This document shows positions 11,137 to 21,939 of a DNA stretch of 64,000 nucleotides, one piece after another. The stretch covers positions 186,001 to 250,000 of the IMG/VR virus record IMGVR_UViG_3300023257_000007. One strand, written 5' to 3'. Both the position numbers and the translations under genes were made by a program. The notes below the pieces were generated by a model that was not told the origin of the DNA, did not search any database, and was given only the letters and a program-made list of their open reading frames with translations. Numbering within the stretch: position 1 is the stretch's first letter; each line of letters begins with the position of its first letter.

Positions 11137-11971
11137 ATTTTAATGTTATCAAATTTAAAGGATCCAGTGTCTTATCATTATAATATATTTCATAATGTAA
11201 ATGAGATCCAGTTGATAAACCAGTACTACCAACATAAGCTATAACATCATCAACATCTACTGTATCACCTAATTCAACGTTAAAATTAGATAAATGAGCG
11301 TATAATGTTTTATAACCATTTTGATGATTAATAACTAATCTGTTGCCATATCCGATTCTAGAATATATTTTCATAGTCACAATACCTTTACCAGGTGAAT
11401 ATATATCTGCACCATATTCTGTGTCTAAATCTATACCATCATGGAAATCTATTTTTTTAGTTATAGGATGTTTCCTATAACCATATCCTGATGTTATCCG
11501 ATTAAGATCAATTGTTGATATTGGAGAACGATATGGTATATATTCCAATTCATTAACATAATCTGAAAGTTCGTTATATGACTCTTTTTGAATTTTGAGT
11601 CTAGTTTCAAATTTATCAACATTCAAATATGAATCTTTTATAAAAGATTCTAAATCTTCGTCAAATAAAAAGATATTTTTATATCTTTCAACACCACCAA
11701 ATCCACCATTTCTATCATATGGTATTTCATTAACTCCAAGTACATTTCTAAACATTGAATCGTTTTTTTCAAAATCCATTAATGCTGTTTTTAAAAGTGT
11801 AACTTTGTTGTTAATTTTTTGGTAGGTGTTTGTTAGGGCTTTTTTATCATTTTTTAGTTCAATATTTTCTCTACTTTTATCAATAGAAATAATATTAACT
11901 GTTAAAAACAATAATAATAAAAGTAAAACCCAATTTTTTTTGAAAAAGATTTTTTTCTTTTCATTTTTCAT
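11135..11971 (-). CDS. M23 family (LytM/MepM-like) peptidoglycan endopeptidase with N-terminal TM and coiled coil
   Basis: HDGID (HxxxD) and HLH (HxH) zinc motifs, YGN.(L/V).I.H, TG.S.G.HLHYE; likely start MKNEKK at 11971. Confidence 0.9.
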   Translation of the reverse strand: MKNEKKKIFFKKNWVLLLLLLFLTVNIISIDKSRENIELKNDKKALTNTYQKINNKVTLLKTALMDFEKNDSMFRNVLGVNEIPYDRNGGFGGVERYKNIFLFDEDLESFIKDSYLNVDKFETRLKIQKESYNELSDYVNELEYIPYRSPISTIDLNRITSGYGYRKHPITKKIDFHDGIDLDTEYGADIYSPGKGIVTMKIYSRIGYGNRLVINHQNGYKTLYAHLSNFNVELGDTVDVDDVIAYVGSTGLSTGSHLHYEIYYNDKTLDPLNLITLK

Positions 11972-12241
11972 CTTTAATTTTTGTTTTTTAAGACTTGTAA
12001 CCCCAACCATTTTAGTGTAATATTACTAAAGTAGTATCAATATTCAATTTTAATTTAAAATCTTCCAAAGTCATATAAAATGAAAGATTACAGTCTAGTA
12101 ACGATTTATATATAAAAATAAATTACTCAAAAAATTCTAAAAACACGAATTAATTATAATTAGATTTATTTATTTAGTTTGAAAAAATTTTTTGGCATGA
12201 AAATTGTATTATATTAAATATAAAAACTTAAAAAATATATT

Positions 12242-13306
12242 ATGAAAACACTACTTTTAACAATTTTACTCGCAATTACAACATTATTCTCATATTCACA
12301 AATAGATGAATATGATGATGTTTATTATTCTCCTCTAAAAGAGAAAGATACTATATATATAGTGGATACTATATACACAGACACAACAGTTGAAAAAAAC
12401 ACACACGTAACGAATAACTATTATGATGATAATGATTATGAAGATTATTATTACACAAAAAGAATCCAAAGATTTCATAGATATTATAATTATGATTACT
12501 ATTCAACGTATTATTCAGATTACTATTTTTTATTTGATATAGGTGGTGTTGATTTTTACTTTACAAATTATTATTATCCATATTATTACGGACATTATTA
12601 TAGACCATATCATTATCATTATTATAGACCATATTATTATTCATACTACAATAATTATCACTACTGGGGATATAATCATTATTATTATAATTATAATGGA
12701 TGGAATAATGGACATAACTATGGATATCATAATAATGAACAATATACCAACAACAATAATATTTATTATGGACACAGAAATAATTCAATTACAAATGGAT
12801 CTAGAGGAAATAACAATAGAACAGATAATGTTGCAGTTTCAACTAATACAAAAAACCCAACTAGTAACCCTACATCTTATAGTCACAAACAAGACCAGTC
12901 ACACACACCTGTTGCAACTAATACTTTAGAAAATAAAAAACCTTATACAAGACCTTCAAATTATAGTAAAGATAAAAGTCCATATACAGAATTATTAAAT
13001 GGTTCAGAAAATAAAAAACCATATAATAAACCTAATTTTAGACCTAACAATACAAAGAAACCTACTAACACATACACTAAACCTAACAATAAACCAACTT
13101 ATAAACCAACTTATAAACCATCTAGTTCAAGATCAAGTTATTCTAAACCTAGTAGAAGTTCATCAAATTATTCTAGACCAAGTTCAAAATCAAGTTACTC
13201 TAGACCTAGTTCTAGTAGAAGTTCATCAAGTTACTCTAGACCTAGTTCTAGTAGAAGTTCATCAAGTTCATCAAGACCATCTAGTAGAAGTGGTGGGCGA
13301 AGATAA
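12242..13306 (+). CDS. Secreted Tyr-rich / Ser-Arg-rich low-complexity protein
   Basis: Sec signal (MKTLLLTILLAITTLFSYSQ), Y/H/N-rich core, tandem YSRPSSSRSSSS tail ending GGRR. Confidence 0.8.
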   Translation: MKTLLLTILLAITTLFSYSQIDEYDDVYYSPLKEKDTIYIVDTIYTDTTVEKNTHVTNNYYDDNDYEDYYYTKRIQRFHRYYNYDYYSTYYSDYYFLFDIGGVDFYFTNYYYPYYYGHYYRPYHYHYYRPYYYSYYNNYHYWGYNHYYYNYNGWNNGHNYGYHNNEQYTNNNNIYYGHRNNSITNGSRGNNNRTDNVAVSTNTKNPTSNPTSYSHKQDQSHTPVATNTLENKKPYTRPSNYSKDKSPYTELLNGSENKKPYNKPNFRPNNTKKPTNTYTKPNNKPTYKPTYKPSSSRSSYSKPSRSSSNYSRPSSKSSYSRPSSSRSSSSYSRPSSSRSSSSSSRPSSRSGGRR

Positions 13307-13314
13307 TCGTTCAT

Positions 13315-13344
13315 AAAAAAACCTCTCGATTGAGAGGTTTTTTT
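13315..13344. terminator. Bidirectional intrinsic terminator
   Basis: AAACCTCTC-GATT-GAGAGGTTT with A/T tracts on both sides. Confidence 0.85.
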
Positions 13345-13350
13345 ATGCGA

Positions 13351-13743
13351 CTATTTATATAATAACCGTATTAAATCTTGTGTAATTATTTTAATCAATT
13401 TTTGATCACCAACTTGAACATCTGGTATATTCTTAAGAATAGAAAAATTGTCATTTCCCTCAATAACTAAATTTTCAATGTGTTGGTACATTTCTAAATC
13501 TTTTTTATAATATTCTTTAAGAGATTCTACAAATTTCTGACAATTAAATCCAACTCTATTATTATATTTTATCATTTGTAAATCTTCACCTTCATTACTA
13601 TCTTTTTCAATAATAAAATACCATAATTTTTTCTTAGAAACTTTTATATTTTCTAATACATTATAAGCTTTACTAGCTTGAACATTTTTTGGAAATGTAG
13701 CTACTTTACCATAAAAATTTACATCACTTGTATTACCTGTCAT
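13351..13743 (-). CDS. Hypothetical protein
   Basis: 130-aa ORF. Confidence 0.75.
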   Translation of the reverse strand: MTGNTSDVNFYGKVATFPKNVQASKAYNVLENIKVSKKKLWYFIIEKDSNEGEDLQMIKYNNRVGFNCQKFVESLKEYYKKDLEMYQHIENLVIEGNDNFSILKNIPDVQVGDQKLIKIITQDLIRLLYK

Positions 13744-13814
13744 ATTTTATATTAAGATTTTAAGATTTTAATTATATATCTTCTTATAGAAGTCTAAAAA
13801 AGTCAAAAATTTTA

Positions 13815-14069
13815 TTAATTATTATGTTTATCATAATACTTATCAACATTATAATTCCAAAAATTTCTTAATACTAAATTTGAATTAATTACATCAATAG
13901 CAAGTTTTTGAAGCCATCCTAAAAATTCATATGTAGTATCATTATGTAAAAGATAACCAGAAGTCATTTTCTCAACCAATTTATTCTCATAATCAACCCC
14001 AGTATTTTTTAAATTATCATTTCTGTGTTTTAATTCATACAATTCTCTTATATGTCTATCTTTTTCCAT
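13815..14069 (-). CDS. Hypothetical protein (baseplate operon)
   Basis: Coupled to the baseplate wedge gene. Confidence 0.7.
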   Translation of the reverse strand: MEKDRHIRELYELKHRNDNLKNTGVDYENKLVEKMTSGYLLHNDTTYEFLGWLQKLAIDVINSNLVLRNFWNYNVDKYYDKHNN

Positions 14070-16021
14070 TATACAGTTTTATTCTCTTTCTTAGTAACAC
14101 CATCAAATATTATATTAATACTTGTTAAACCATCAGAATCTGGATTCTCATTGTAATATAAATTGTCTCTATCTTTCCAACCACCTCTTATAATAGCATA
14201 TTCATCTTTACTAATAATAATATCACCATGCACTGGGTCTAAACCTATTATAGCATTATTATCATAAGAATTTACTTTATCTTTATCATTAATAACCAAT
14301 TCACTTATAGGTGTTATACTTTTTGTATTTATACTAACAATAGATTTTTTTGATAATTTAGAAAATTTTAAATTTTTTTGTTTCAAACCTTTTTGAATTA
14401 AATTAGAATTTCTTGCATGATAATCTTCATTATTTTGACTTACAAAATGAATATCAATAGAATCAACACCATCAACTCCTTTTAAAATTTTGATTAAATC
14501 TGATTTTACTATTCTATCAAATCTTTCGTTATTTAATAAATAATCAGACATTTTAGATATAATATCTTGTTTAATATTAGTTTCAATAACATCATCATAT
14601 CTTCTAACATAAACATAAGAAACATATTTAGTTATCTTAGGTTGAATTATAACCAATTCAGAAGTCATACTCAATATACCCATTTTTTTAATATAATTAA
14701 CAATTTTTTGCTGTTCTACATCATCTAAATAAAATACATCAACAGGAACATTAAAATAATTAACACTATCAGTAAAATAATTAGATATTTTAGGTATCAA
14801 GTATAAATAAATTTGATTGTCATTTGTATTACTAAAATACTCATAATAAGCATTCTCAAAATTTATCATTTTGTTTTGAATATATGCACTACTCTTGCCA
14901 TTTGAAATAGATTTTTTTAATTCTTGCATCTTTGTATTGATAACAGTAGATGTAATATTAGAACCAAAGTTATTATCATCAGACTTATTAAAAGCATTTA
15001 TTTTACTAAACATATTTAATCTCTTTAAATGAAATATAAATTGTGGAGGAGTAGATAAAATAAAATTCCTAGAAACATAAGGAATTAAAGATTTTGTAAA
15101 TTTAGGTGATTCGCCATTACTAGACAATCCAATATTAACATCAACTTCAATATTAAATAAATCTTCCATTTCTAAAGAATTACCATCACTATCATTAATC
15201 ATATCAATAAACGTCCAATCATTATTAATTGGATTTAAAATATCACCCCTTTGACCTTCTGTTAATAAATATTTAACTTCTATAATTGAACCTAATGCAG
15301 GTATAAAACCAAAATCATCAGTACCAAATTCAACATCTACACCACCATTAAAACCTGTTTTAACAACACATGATAATTCACCAGATGTCATACTATATTT
15401 ATGTTCTTTAATAGTTAATGGATAACCATTAACATAAACTAAAACATTAAAATTTTCAATTAAAGATTCACTAGAAATATTAACACTTATAGATTGATCA
15501 GGCTCTGCAGCACCAGTAAAAGTTTGAGTTTCAAATTGACCTTGAATAATATTTGCAAAAAATTGTGTACTTGTGTTCATATTATAAATATTAGAATCAG
15601 TACCAAGTACGATAGAATATTTTAAATTATTCGTTTTATTTTTAACAACAGTATAATTATTAATAGTAAATGTGCCAGAAGATATTTCCTCATTAATATT
15701 AATACCTGGTTTTAATTTAAACATTAATGTACCTGTAGCACTAATCGGTCTAGTAGGGCTATGTCCTGCAATTCTAGATATATTCCAAATAACTTTAGGA
15801 TCAATTGTTTGTTCAATATTTATTTGTTCAACCGATCTTTTTTGATAAATCATAGTATGTCTAAAAACCTCTTCAATGAAAATTAACATTTGACCATAAG
15901 GGGAACTAGAATTAAAAAGAAGATCAGATTTCTGATACTGGTTTCGTAACCAAGTATTAGTTTGATTTACAAGACTATCAAATTTTAATTCTATAAAATT
16001 AAATATATTCTTTGCAGGCAT
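14069..16021 (-). CDS. Baseplate wedge protein (T4 gp6-like)
   Basis: N-terminal F-x-F...L.N, GHSP.R..SA.G.L, GQF.T.TF, V.FG....G..P..GS.I.V.Y..T.G..G and G.S..GES motifs of gp6/baseplate-J-like proteins. Confidence 0.8.
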   Translation of the reverse strand: MPAKNIFNFIELKFDSLVNQTNTWLRNQYQKSDLLFNSSSPYGQMLIFIEEVFRHTMIYQKRSVEQINIEQTIDPKVIWNISRIAGHSPTRPISATGTLMFKLKPGININEEISSGTFTINNYTVVKNKTNNLKYSIVLGTDSNIYNMNTSTQFFANIIQGQFETQTFTGAAEPDQSISVNISSESLIENFNVLVYVNGYPLTIKEHKYSMTSGELSCVVKTGFNGGVDVEFGTDDFGFIPALGSIIEVKYLLTEGQRGDILNPINNDWTFIDMINDSDGNSLEMEDLFNIEVDVNIGLSSNGESPKFTKSLIPYVSRNFILSTPPQFIFHLKRLNMFSKINAFNKSDDNNFGSNITSTVINTKMQELKKSISNGKSSAYIQNKMINFENAYYEYFSNTNDNQIYLYLIPKISNYFTDSVNYFNVPVDVFYLDDVEQQKIVNYIKKMGILSMTSELVIIQPKITKYVSYVYVRRYDDVIETNIKQDIISKMSDYLLNNERFDRIVKSDLIKILKGVDGVDSIDIHFVSQNNEDYHARNSNLIQKGLKQKNLKFSKLSKKSIVSINTKSITPISELVINDKDKVNSYDNNAIIGLDPVHGDIIISKDEYAIIRGGWKDRDNLYYNENPDSDGLTSINIIFDGVTKKENKTV

Positions 16022-16677
16022 TATTGTCTAATATTATTTTTTAAAACATCTCCAACTGTCTCCACAATTGTTGTTAAATTATTTTTTTCAACATGTATAA
16101 ATTTATCATATATTTGAAAATCAAATTTAAATAAACCATCTCTTTCTTTTGTAATATTTAATTTAACATCATGTTTATTACTAACATTAATATCAAAATT
16201 AAACGCTAAATATTTACACGGAACCATAGTAACTTGTGGATCATATTTAAAACCATAAATAGATATTTCATTAACATCATTTTTAGAAAACCATTCATTA
16301 ATCATAACAGCAGGCGAATTAATAAATTCCGATAAAATTTTTATATTTTTTCCAAATTTATTTTTCTTAAAAACATTAGAAAGATTTTTTTTAAACTCAT
16401 CTATATCTTCAAAATAAATAGCCTTATATAAACAATTAATATCATATAAATATAAGCATTCATTTTTAGTTAAATATTGTTTATCTGAATCAACAACAAA
16501 TATCAACTTTGTATGTAACACTTGTGTTTTCTTATAATATAATTTATTAAAAGCAACAACCAATTTCAAATCATCAGAACCTTCTATTTTCTCATAAACA
16601 TGATCGACAGTTAAAACTTGACTATCATCAAATTTTTCTTTCGTAGCTTTATATATTTCGTCAATACTTATATTCAT
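16021..16677 (-). CDS. Hypothetical protein (structural operon)
   Basis: 218-aa ORF coupled on both sides. Confidence 0.75.
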   Translation of the reverse strand: MNISIDEIYKATKEKFDDSQVLTVDHVYEKIEGSDDLKLVVAFNKLYYKKTQVLHTKLIFVVDSDKQYLTKNECLYLYDINCLYKAIYFEDIDEFKKNLSNVFKKNKFGKNIKILSEFINSPAVMINEWFSKNDVNEISIYGFKYDPQVTMVPCKYLAFNFDINVSNKHDVKLNITKERDGLFKFDFQIYDKFIHVEKNNLTTIVETVGDVLKNNIRQ

Positions 16678-19286
16678 TATAATAATTTTCTTGTTATTTC
16701 ATATCTTTCTGAAACTGTAGACGTATTAGATTCATCAACTCTTAATATTCTAATATTCATTCCTTTATAATAATTCATATCAGAATAATTTTTCATAGTT
16801 AAACCACTACTAGTACTATCCAAATTAATATTATAGTAATATGTTGTTCCAGTCATACCAGTTGATTGTATCGTATAAACGCCTGTTAAATCTACAACAG
16901 TATCTCCACTATTAAAATAAAAATTGTCTACATAAACTGTATCACCAGATTGAAATATAGGATATTTATAAGGTTCTAAATAAAGTGAACTAGTTGAACC
17001 ACTAACAAATGTTATTAACCTTTCATTAACATTAGTATGATTATAATAAGAATTTGCATATGTAGAACCAGTTGGATTCGAAGAATTATATTCATATAAA
17101 TCCACTGGTAAATTAACACTAAACAATCTAATCTCTGAATTTGAATCACCGTCATAAAAATTCATATTCACATTTAACTTATTTAACACCGATGTCATAT
17201 TTGCATCAATAGTTATATCCATAACTTGCGCATATTCTAAATCTTTTGTTAACATAATATATAATTCACCACCAAAATCAACAATATCATCATTATCAAC
17301 TGTCAATTTAACTTGATTAGTTGTCGGTATAATTATTGGATAACTTGTACCACTAGCAGTTTGGTTATAATTATATATTTCAGTTGAAGTTATATCATAT
17401 ATTTCTGAATATTCAGAATTCAAAGCTCTCATTCTCAATGTAGGATAATTACCTGTATAATCAGTTTCTATTTTAATTGAAGGTGAATCCACAAATTGAT
17501 AAGTAGAATATAAAGTTAACAATTCTTCTAAATTAATAATTTGTGATTTAATTAAATCTAAATCTGTTTGAGAATAAATCAAACTTTTTATGTTCCATAA
17601 CTCTTCATGAAAATAAGTATATCCACTTAAAACTTTCATATAATTATCACTCATTTGAGCATTTGTCTGCAATATTCTCTTATATAAATCTAGACTAAAT
17701 GAATTATAGATACTAGTTGGATCATAACTCATAGGCAAAACATCATTATCAATATCATAATTTATATTTAATATAAAATCATAACTAACACCATCTTGTA
17801 CCCCGTTACTCACATATTTTGGATATGGTCTTATTAATGTGCCATCTGGATCAACTGCACCATCCAAATCGTTATTTGGATTATTAAGAAATTCTACACC
17901 ATATAAATTAGTTGTAATATTTCCTGATCCATCATCAATTTCATAATACCATAAAATAGCATTAAAATAAAAATCAGAAGGAGCCTCGTTATTATAACTA
18001 TAACTATTAAATTCATTAAATGTTTCTAAATTAGCAATAGTCATTTTATAATAATGTTCTGTTTCAAAGTCAATTGTTAAACCATCAATATCATCTGAAT
18101 TAAAACTAACAAGACTCTCGACATAATCAGATTGATCTAAATCAACATTATTAGTTAATTCTATACCATAATAATTTCCTTTTTTCCTCAATTTATCACC
18201 ACTTGAACAAATATATGTTTTATCGTCTGTATCAAAATAACCAAAATAAGAGCCTGGATAATCAGACGGATTTAATCTTATAGGAGAATTCAATGATTCT
18301 GCGCCCATAATTTCATCTTGTATTTCTTCTGGAATAATAGGTAATTCTAAATTTGGATAATAATTATTATTATCTTCTATTTTAAATAAGATATTTGGAG
18401 TTTGACCCTCGTGATGAGGAATCTTAGCTATTATCTCATTGTAATTTCTTCTACTTGTCTGTACTTGGCTATCTACTTGTGTATCACCAGCATATTGTAT
18501 AAATCTAGTATAATCTAAATAAATTGTAGCCGATTCGCTGATTATACTATGTACAGTAGAACCTAAATCAAGATATGTTATACTGCCAACAACAGTCACA
18601 TTTTCAATTGTGTATGTTGTGTCTACTAAATATATGTTTGTTGTACCTGAAAAATTAACTTCATCACCAATTTTGAATTTAGCAACACTTGATATTTCCA
18701 CACTTATTGTACCACCACTGTAGTAACCAGTTGAACTATCTACAACACAACTATAATAATTAATTTCTCTTTCTTTCCATAAATACTCTCTAAAATAATC
18801 TGTATTAGTTACAGTAGATGCATTCGGATTTTGAAAATCAGGAAGATTTTTATCCCAGTCTACCAAATGTACACCTGGTTCAAAATCCATCAAATTTAAT
18901 TTTCTACACCATTTCCAAAAAATCATTTCGGTAGGTGTTTGTAACTCTGATATATTGTAGAAATCCGTGTTCGAGTTTATTCTACTTTCTCGTTCAACAT
19001 CATCATAATTAGCAACATAATTTCTTAATGATTCAATTAAATTATCACCAAATGATAAAGCAGGTGGACTTGGTTCATAACAGAAAAAGTCTCCTTTTTT
19101 ATTGGTTGTAATATCAAAATTTAATGTATCTCCAGATTGATTTGGAAAATTAAGACATACAAATTTTGTAAAATTTACTTTGAAATTCTGATTATTATGC
19201 GCTTGATTAATATCTTCTGCTGCACTTGGAAAAGCATAAAAACTTGTTCCACGTTCTTTCATTGCTTTGTAAAGTGGTGTAGCCAT
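16677..19286 (-). CDS. Large virion structural protein (tail/baseplate region)
   Basis: 869 aa, heads the baseplate operon; AATATATA upstream at 19310-19317. Confidence 0.6.
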   Translation of the reverse strand: MATPLYKAMKERGTSFYAFPSAAEDINQAHNNQNFKVNFTKFVCLNFPNQSGDTLNFDITTNKKGDFFCYEPSPPALSFGDNLIESLRNYVANYDDVERESRINSNTDFYNISELQTPTEMIFWKWCRKLNLMDFEPGVHLVDWDKNLPDFQNPNASTVTNTDYFREYLWKEREINYYSCVVDSSTGYYSGGTISVEISSVAKFKIGDEVNFSGTTNIYLVDTTYTIENVTVVGSITYLDLGSTVHSIISESATIYLDYTRFIQYAGDTQVDSQVQTSRRNYNEIIAKIPHHEGQTPNILFKIEDNNNYYPNLELPIIPEEIQDEIMGAESLNSPIRLNPSDYPGSYFGYFDTDDKTYICSSGDKLRKKGNYYGIELTNNVDLDQSDYVESLVSFNSDDIDGLTIDFETEHYYKMTIANLETFNEFNSYSYNNEAPSDFYFNAILWYYEIDDGSGNITTNLYGVEFLNNPNNDLDGAVDPDGTLIRPYPKYVSNGVQDGVSYDFILNINYDIDNDVLPMSYDPTSIYNSFSLDLYKRILQTNAQMSDNYMKVLSGYTYFHEELWNIKSLIYSQTDLDLIKSQIINLEELLTLYSTYQFVDSPSIKIETDYTGNYPTLRMRALNSEYSEIYDITSTEIYNYNQTASGTSYPIIIPTTNQVKLTVDNDDIVDFGGELYIMLTKDLEYAQVMDITIDANMTSVLNKLNVNMNFYDGDSNSEIRLFSVNLPVDLYEYNSSNPTGSTYANSYYNHTNVNERLITFVSGSTSSLYLEPYKYPIFQSGDTVYVDNFYFNSGDTVVDLTGVYTIQSTGMTGTTYYYNINLDSTSSGLTMKNYSDMNYYKGMNIRILRVDESNTSTVSERYEITRKLL

Positions 19287-19385
19287 TTAAATATACTATA
19301 TTTTTTTATTATATATTAAATAAACTCATTCATAATTCAAAAATTTATTTTTAAAACTTTTAAAAATAAGAACACTAAAATATAA

Positions 19386-19763
19386 ATGAGATGGAAACCC
19401 GGTACAATATTTCAGGCAGATGAAAGATTTATTTTTGCAAGAAAAATGATAGATAAAAATACACTAATAATTTGTACCAGAGATGATGAATATAAAATGT
19501 ACAAAAAAATTATCACAGAAAAAATATATTCTAAAGGCAAAGTATTTATAAATAAAAGAATAGTAGAAATAAATCTAATGGCTGATGATATTACAAGAAA
19601 TGGTTCATATTATAAAATAATAAAACCAATGTTTACTCCGTTTAAAAGTGAACACTTAGCAATAAGACTAGATAAGAATTTTAATAAACTAGAAGAAATA
19701 ATAGATTTCCAATTAGACAAAATGATAAATCTAAAACTTAGTATTTTTGCCCCTGTCGTCTAA
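19386..19763 (+). CDS. Hypothetical protein
   Basis: 125-aa ORF. Confidence 0.7.
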   Translation: MRWKPGTIFQADERFIFARKMIDKNTLIICTRDDEYKMYKKIITEKIYSKGKVFINKRIVEINLMADDITRNGSYYKIIKPMFTPFKSEHLAIRLDKNFNKLEEIIDFQLDKMINLKLSIFAPVV

Positions 19764-20135
19764 ATAAACATTTAACATATCATACATACTAATAGCCAGT
19801 TTTATCTGAAACTCAACTTCCTTAAACTTACCAGAATTTAACATATTCATCAATTGAAATAAAGAATGATCTTTAAAAAGATAAAGAGTTAAACCATCCA
19901 TTTCTTCTTCATCAACTAACTCTTCAACTTCAATTTTTTGATCCTCAATCTTTTTCTCAATTTTTTTCAATTCTTTAGCATCTTTTTTATTTTTAACATC
20001 GATATATTGTGTATTTCCAAGAGAATCATGCATATAATATCCAAGTACTTTACCACCATGTCCATATACAATTTGAGGCGGTTTATTTATAGGGTATCTG
20101 TCCATTTCACTACCAAATAATTTATGAATATCCAT
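19731..20135 (-). CDS. Hypothetical protein
   Basis: 134-aa ORF coupled to the HAD gene. Confidence 0.7.
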   Translation of the reverse strand: MDIHKLFGSEMDRYPINKPPQIVYGHGGKVLGYYMHDSLGNTQYIDVKNKKDAKELKKIEKKIEDQKIEVEELVDEEEMDGLTLYLFKDHSLFQLMNMLNSGKFKEVEFQIKLAISMYDMLNVYLDDRGKNTKF

Positions 20136-20559
20136 TTAATATTTTTATTGCTTTTTTAGACGAAATTAAACCAAATTCAGCATCTACTTTAATTAAATTA
20201 TCATATAATCCATCTATATCCATATCATCAATTATAATAAATGATTCTACATCATTTAAATATATCCAATGATTAATTTCTTCACTTCTATTTTTATATT
20301 CAAAACCAATAGGAGTAACATCTATTATGTTCTTTATACCTCTCTTTTTAAATATTTCTTGTATTTTTTCTAAACCTGCCGTTCTCCATGTACTAGTCAC
20401 TACAATTTTCGCATCGGTTTTATTTTGAATTTCGTTGATAAATTTGACTACTTCTGGATTAAATTTTGATAATTTATCCTTAGCCTCTTTATAATCAATT
20501 GAAATTTGATGTTTTCTAGTTACTAAAACACCATCTATATCCAAAAATATTATTTTCAT
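20122..20559 (-). CDS. HAD-superfamily phosphatase (Swiss-army-knife RNA-repair-like HAD)
   Basis: IIFLDIDGVL motif I, IVVTSTWR motif II, FIIIDD motif IV. Confidence 0.85.
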   Translation of the reverse strand: MKIIFLDIDGVLVTRKHQISIDYKEAKDKLSKFNPEVVKFINEIQNKTDAKIVVTSTWRTAGLEKIQEIFKKRGIKNIIDVTPIGFEYKNRSEEINHWIYLNDVESFIIIDDMDIDGLYDNLIKVDAEFGLISSKKAIKILNGYS

Positions 20560-20683
20560 ATTTAATATATATTAAAGAATATAAATCCATTATGAAAAAT
20601 TTAATGACATGAAAATTGGTTTAAAAAGAAAGCACATCATCGAAGCACTTAAAATGAATTTATTATAATAATATATAAAATAT

Positions 20684-21289
20684 ATGAGAAACCTTAAAAC
20701 ATATGAAGATTATTTATATGAATATTCTGAAATTAAAAAAGAAGAAACACTACACATATACACAGATGGTAGTTATTCTGACCAAGTTTCAAATTATAAA
20801 ATAAGTTATAGTGCAGTTTTAATAACAGAAAACGAAAACGAATATTATCTTTCAGGACATATGGTTAGAAAATATGTTGATCAATTATTTGGTTCTCAAA
20901 CACCATTAAATAGTTTAACTGCTGAATTAGTGGCTTTAAATCAACTACTTTATATTATGAATAGCTATAAAATATCTAATAAAAATCTTCTAATTTATAC
21001 AGATTGTGAATCTGTTTACGAACACTTCAATGAATCTTTGCCTGTAATAAAGAAAAAAAATATGTCTAAATTAGTCAATAATATAAAACATAATATTAAC
21101 AATTTAAAAAATAAAAAAAATATCGTTGATATTAGATGGATTCCAGGACATAAACAAATATACGGTAATATGATAGCAAACTATCTAGCCAAAAAAGGTG
21201 AAGATATCAACACTTTTAAAATATATTTTAATATGGCAGATAGACATTTTAAAAATATGAAAGACTACGATTGGTTCAAAAAACTTTAA
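20684..21289 (+). CDS. rnhA: Ribonuclease HI
   Basis: IYTDGS, AEL.AL, IYTDCE, WIPGH, GN..AN.LAK motifs; extra MRNLKTYEDYLYE N-terminus. Confidence 0.85.
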   Translation: MRNLKTYEDYLYEYSEIKKEETLHIYTDGSYSDQVSNYKISYSAVLITENENEYYLSGHMVRKYVDQLFGSQTPLNSLTAELVALNQLLYIMNSYKISNKNLLIYTDCESVYEHFNESLPVIKKKNMSKLVNNIKHNINNLKNKKNIVDIRWIPGHKQIYGNMIANYLAKKGEDINTFKIYFNMADRHFKNMKDYDWFKKL

Positions 21290-21924
21290 AAATCACCACC
21301 TTTTATTGGAGGAGCACCCCAGTGACAAACTAAATATTGTGGCATATTTTCAAGTTTCTTAAATTTCAAACCTTTACTAGCTAAAGTTAAAACAAATAAC
21401 CAATCATGACCATAACCAGTTTTCCATTCTATACCAGAAATATTCTTATGACAAATAGAACTTGTTCCGATCTGACCAAATCTCGGTTCAACCAACCTTT
21501 TATGTAATATTTTAAAATCTTTACTACCAACTAAATAATCATCATAATATACCCAGTCATATTTATTAATATCAAATTGAGACATTATAGTTTCTAAATG
21601 TGTTTTACCCCAAGCATCATCACTATCAAGATAAGCGATAACTTCACCTTTAGCATGGTTTAATCCTTCTGTTCTAACATTTCCACTATAAGTTGGCTGT
21701 TTTGGTATTATTATACATTCAATATTTGGAATATCATCCCAATTTTCTTTATATATCTCATAAGTTTTTGTACAACCATCTGAAACAATAATTAATTCAG
21801 TATTTTTATATGATTGTTTTATAAAAGTTTTAACAGCTCTTATAAATTTTTTATCTCTATTTTTAGCAGCATTTGGATAATCACCCAAATAACTTGCCAT
21901 TATAACTGAAACTAATTTATTCAT
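21286..21924 (-). CDS. Glycosyltransferase family 2
   Basis: VSVIM, ELIIVSDG, R..GL..AKGE.IAYLDSDD motifs. Confidence 0.9.
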   Translation of the reverse strand: MNKLVSVIMASYLGDYPNAAKNRDKKFIRAVKTFIKQSYKNTELIIVSDGCTKTYEIYKENWDDIPNIECIIIPKQPTYSGNVRTEGLNHAKGEVIAYLDSDDAWGKTHLETIMSQFDINKYDWVYYDDYLVGSKDFKILHKRLVEPRFGQIGTSSICHKNISGIEWKTGYGHDWLFVLTLASKGLKFKKLENMPQYLVCHWGAPPIKGGDF

Positions 21925-21939
21925 ATTATTTATTTTATT

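Noticed and set aside
12543-13316. Alternative-frame ORFs over the Tyr/Ser-rich gene
   Set aside because: Low-complexity shadows (I/N-rich) with no initiation signals.
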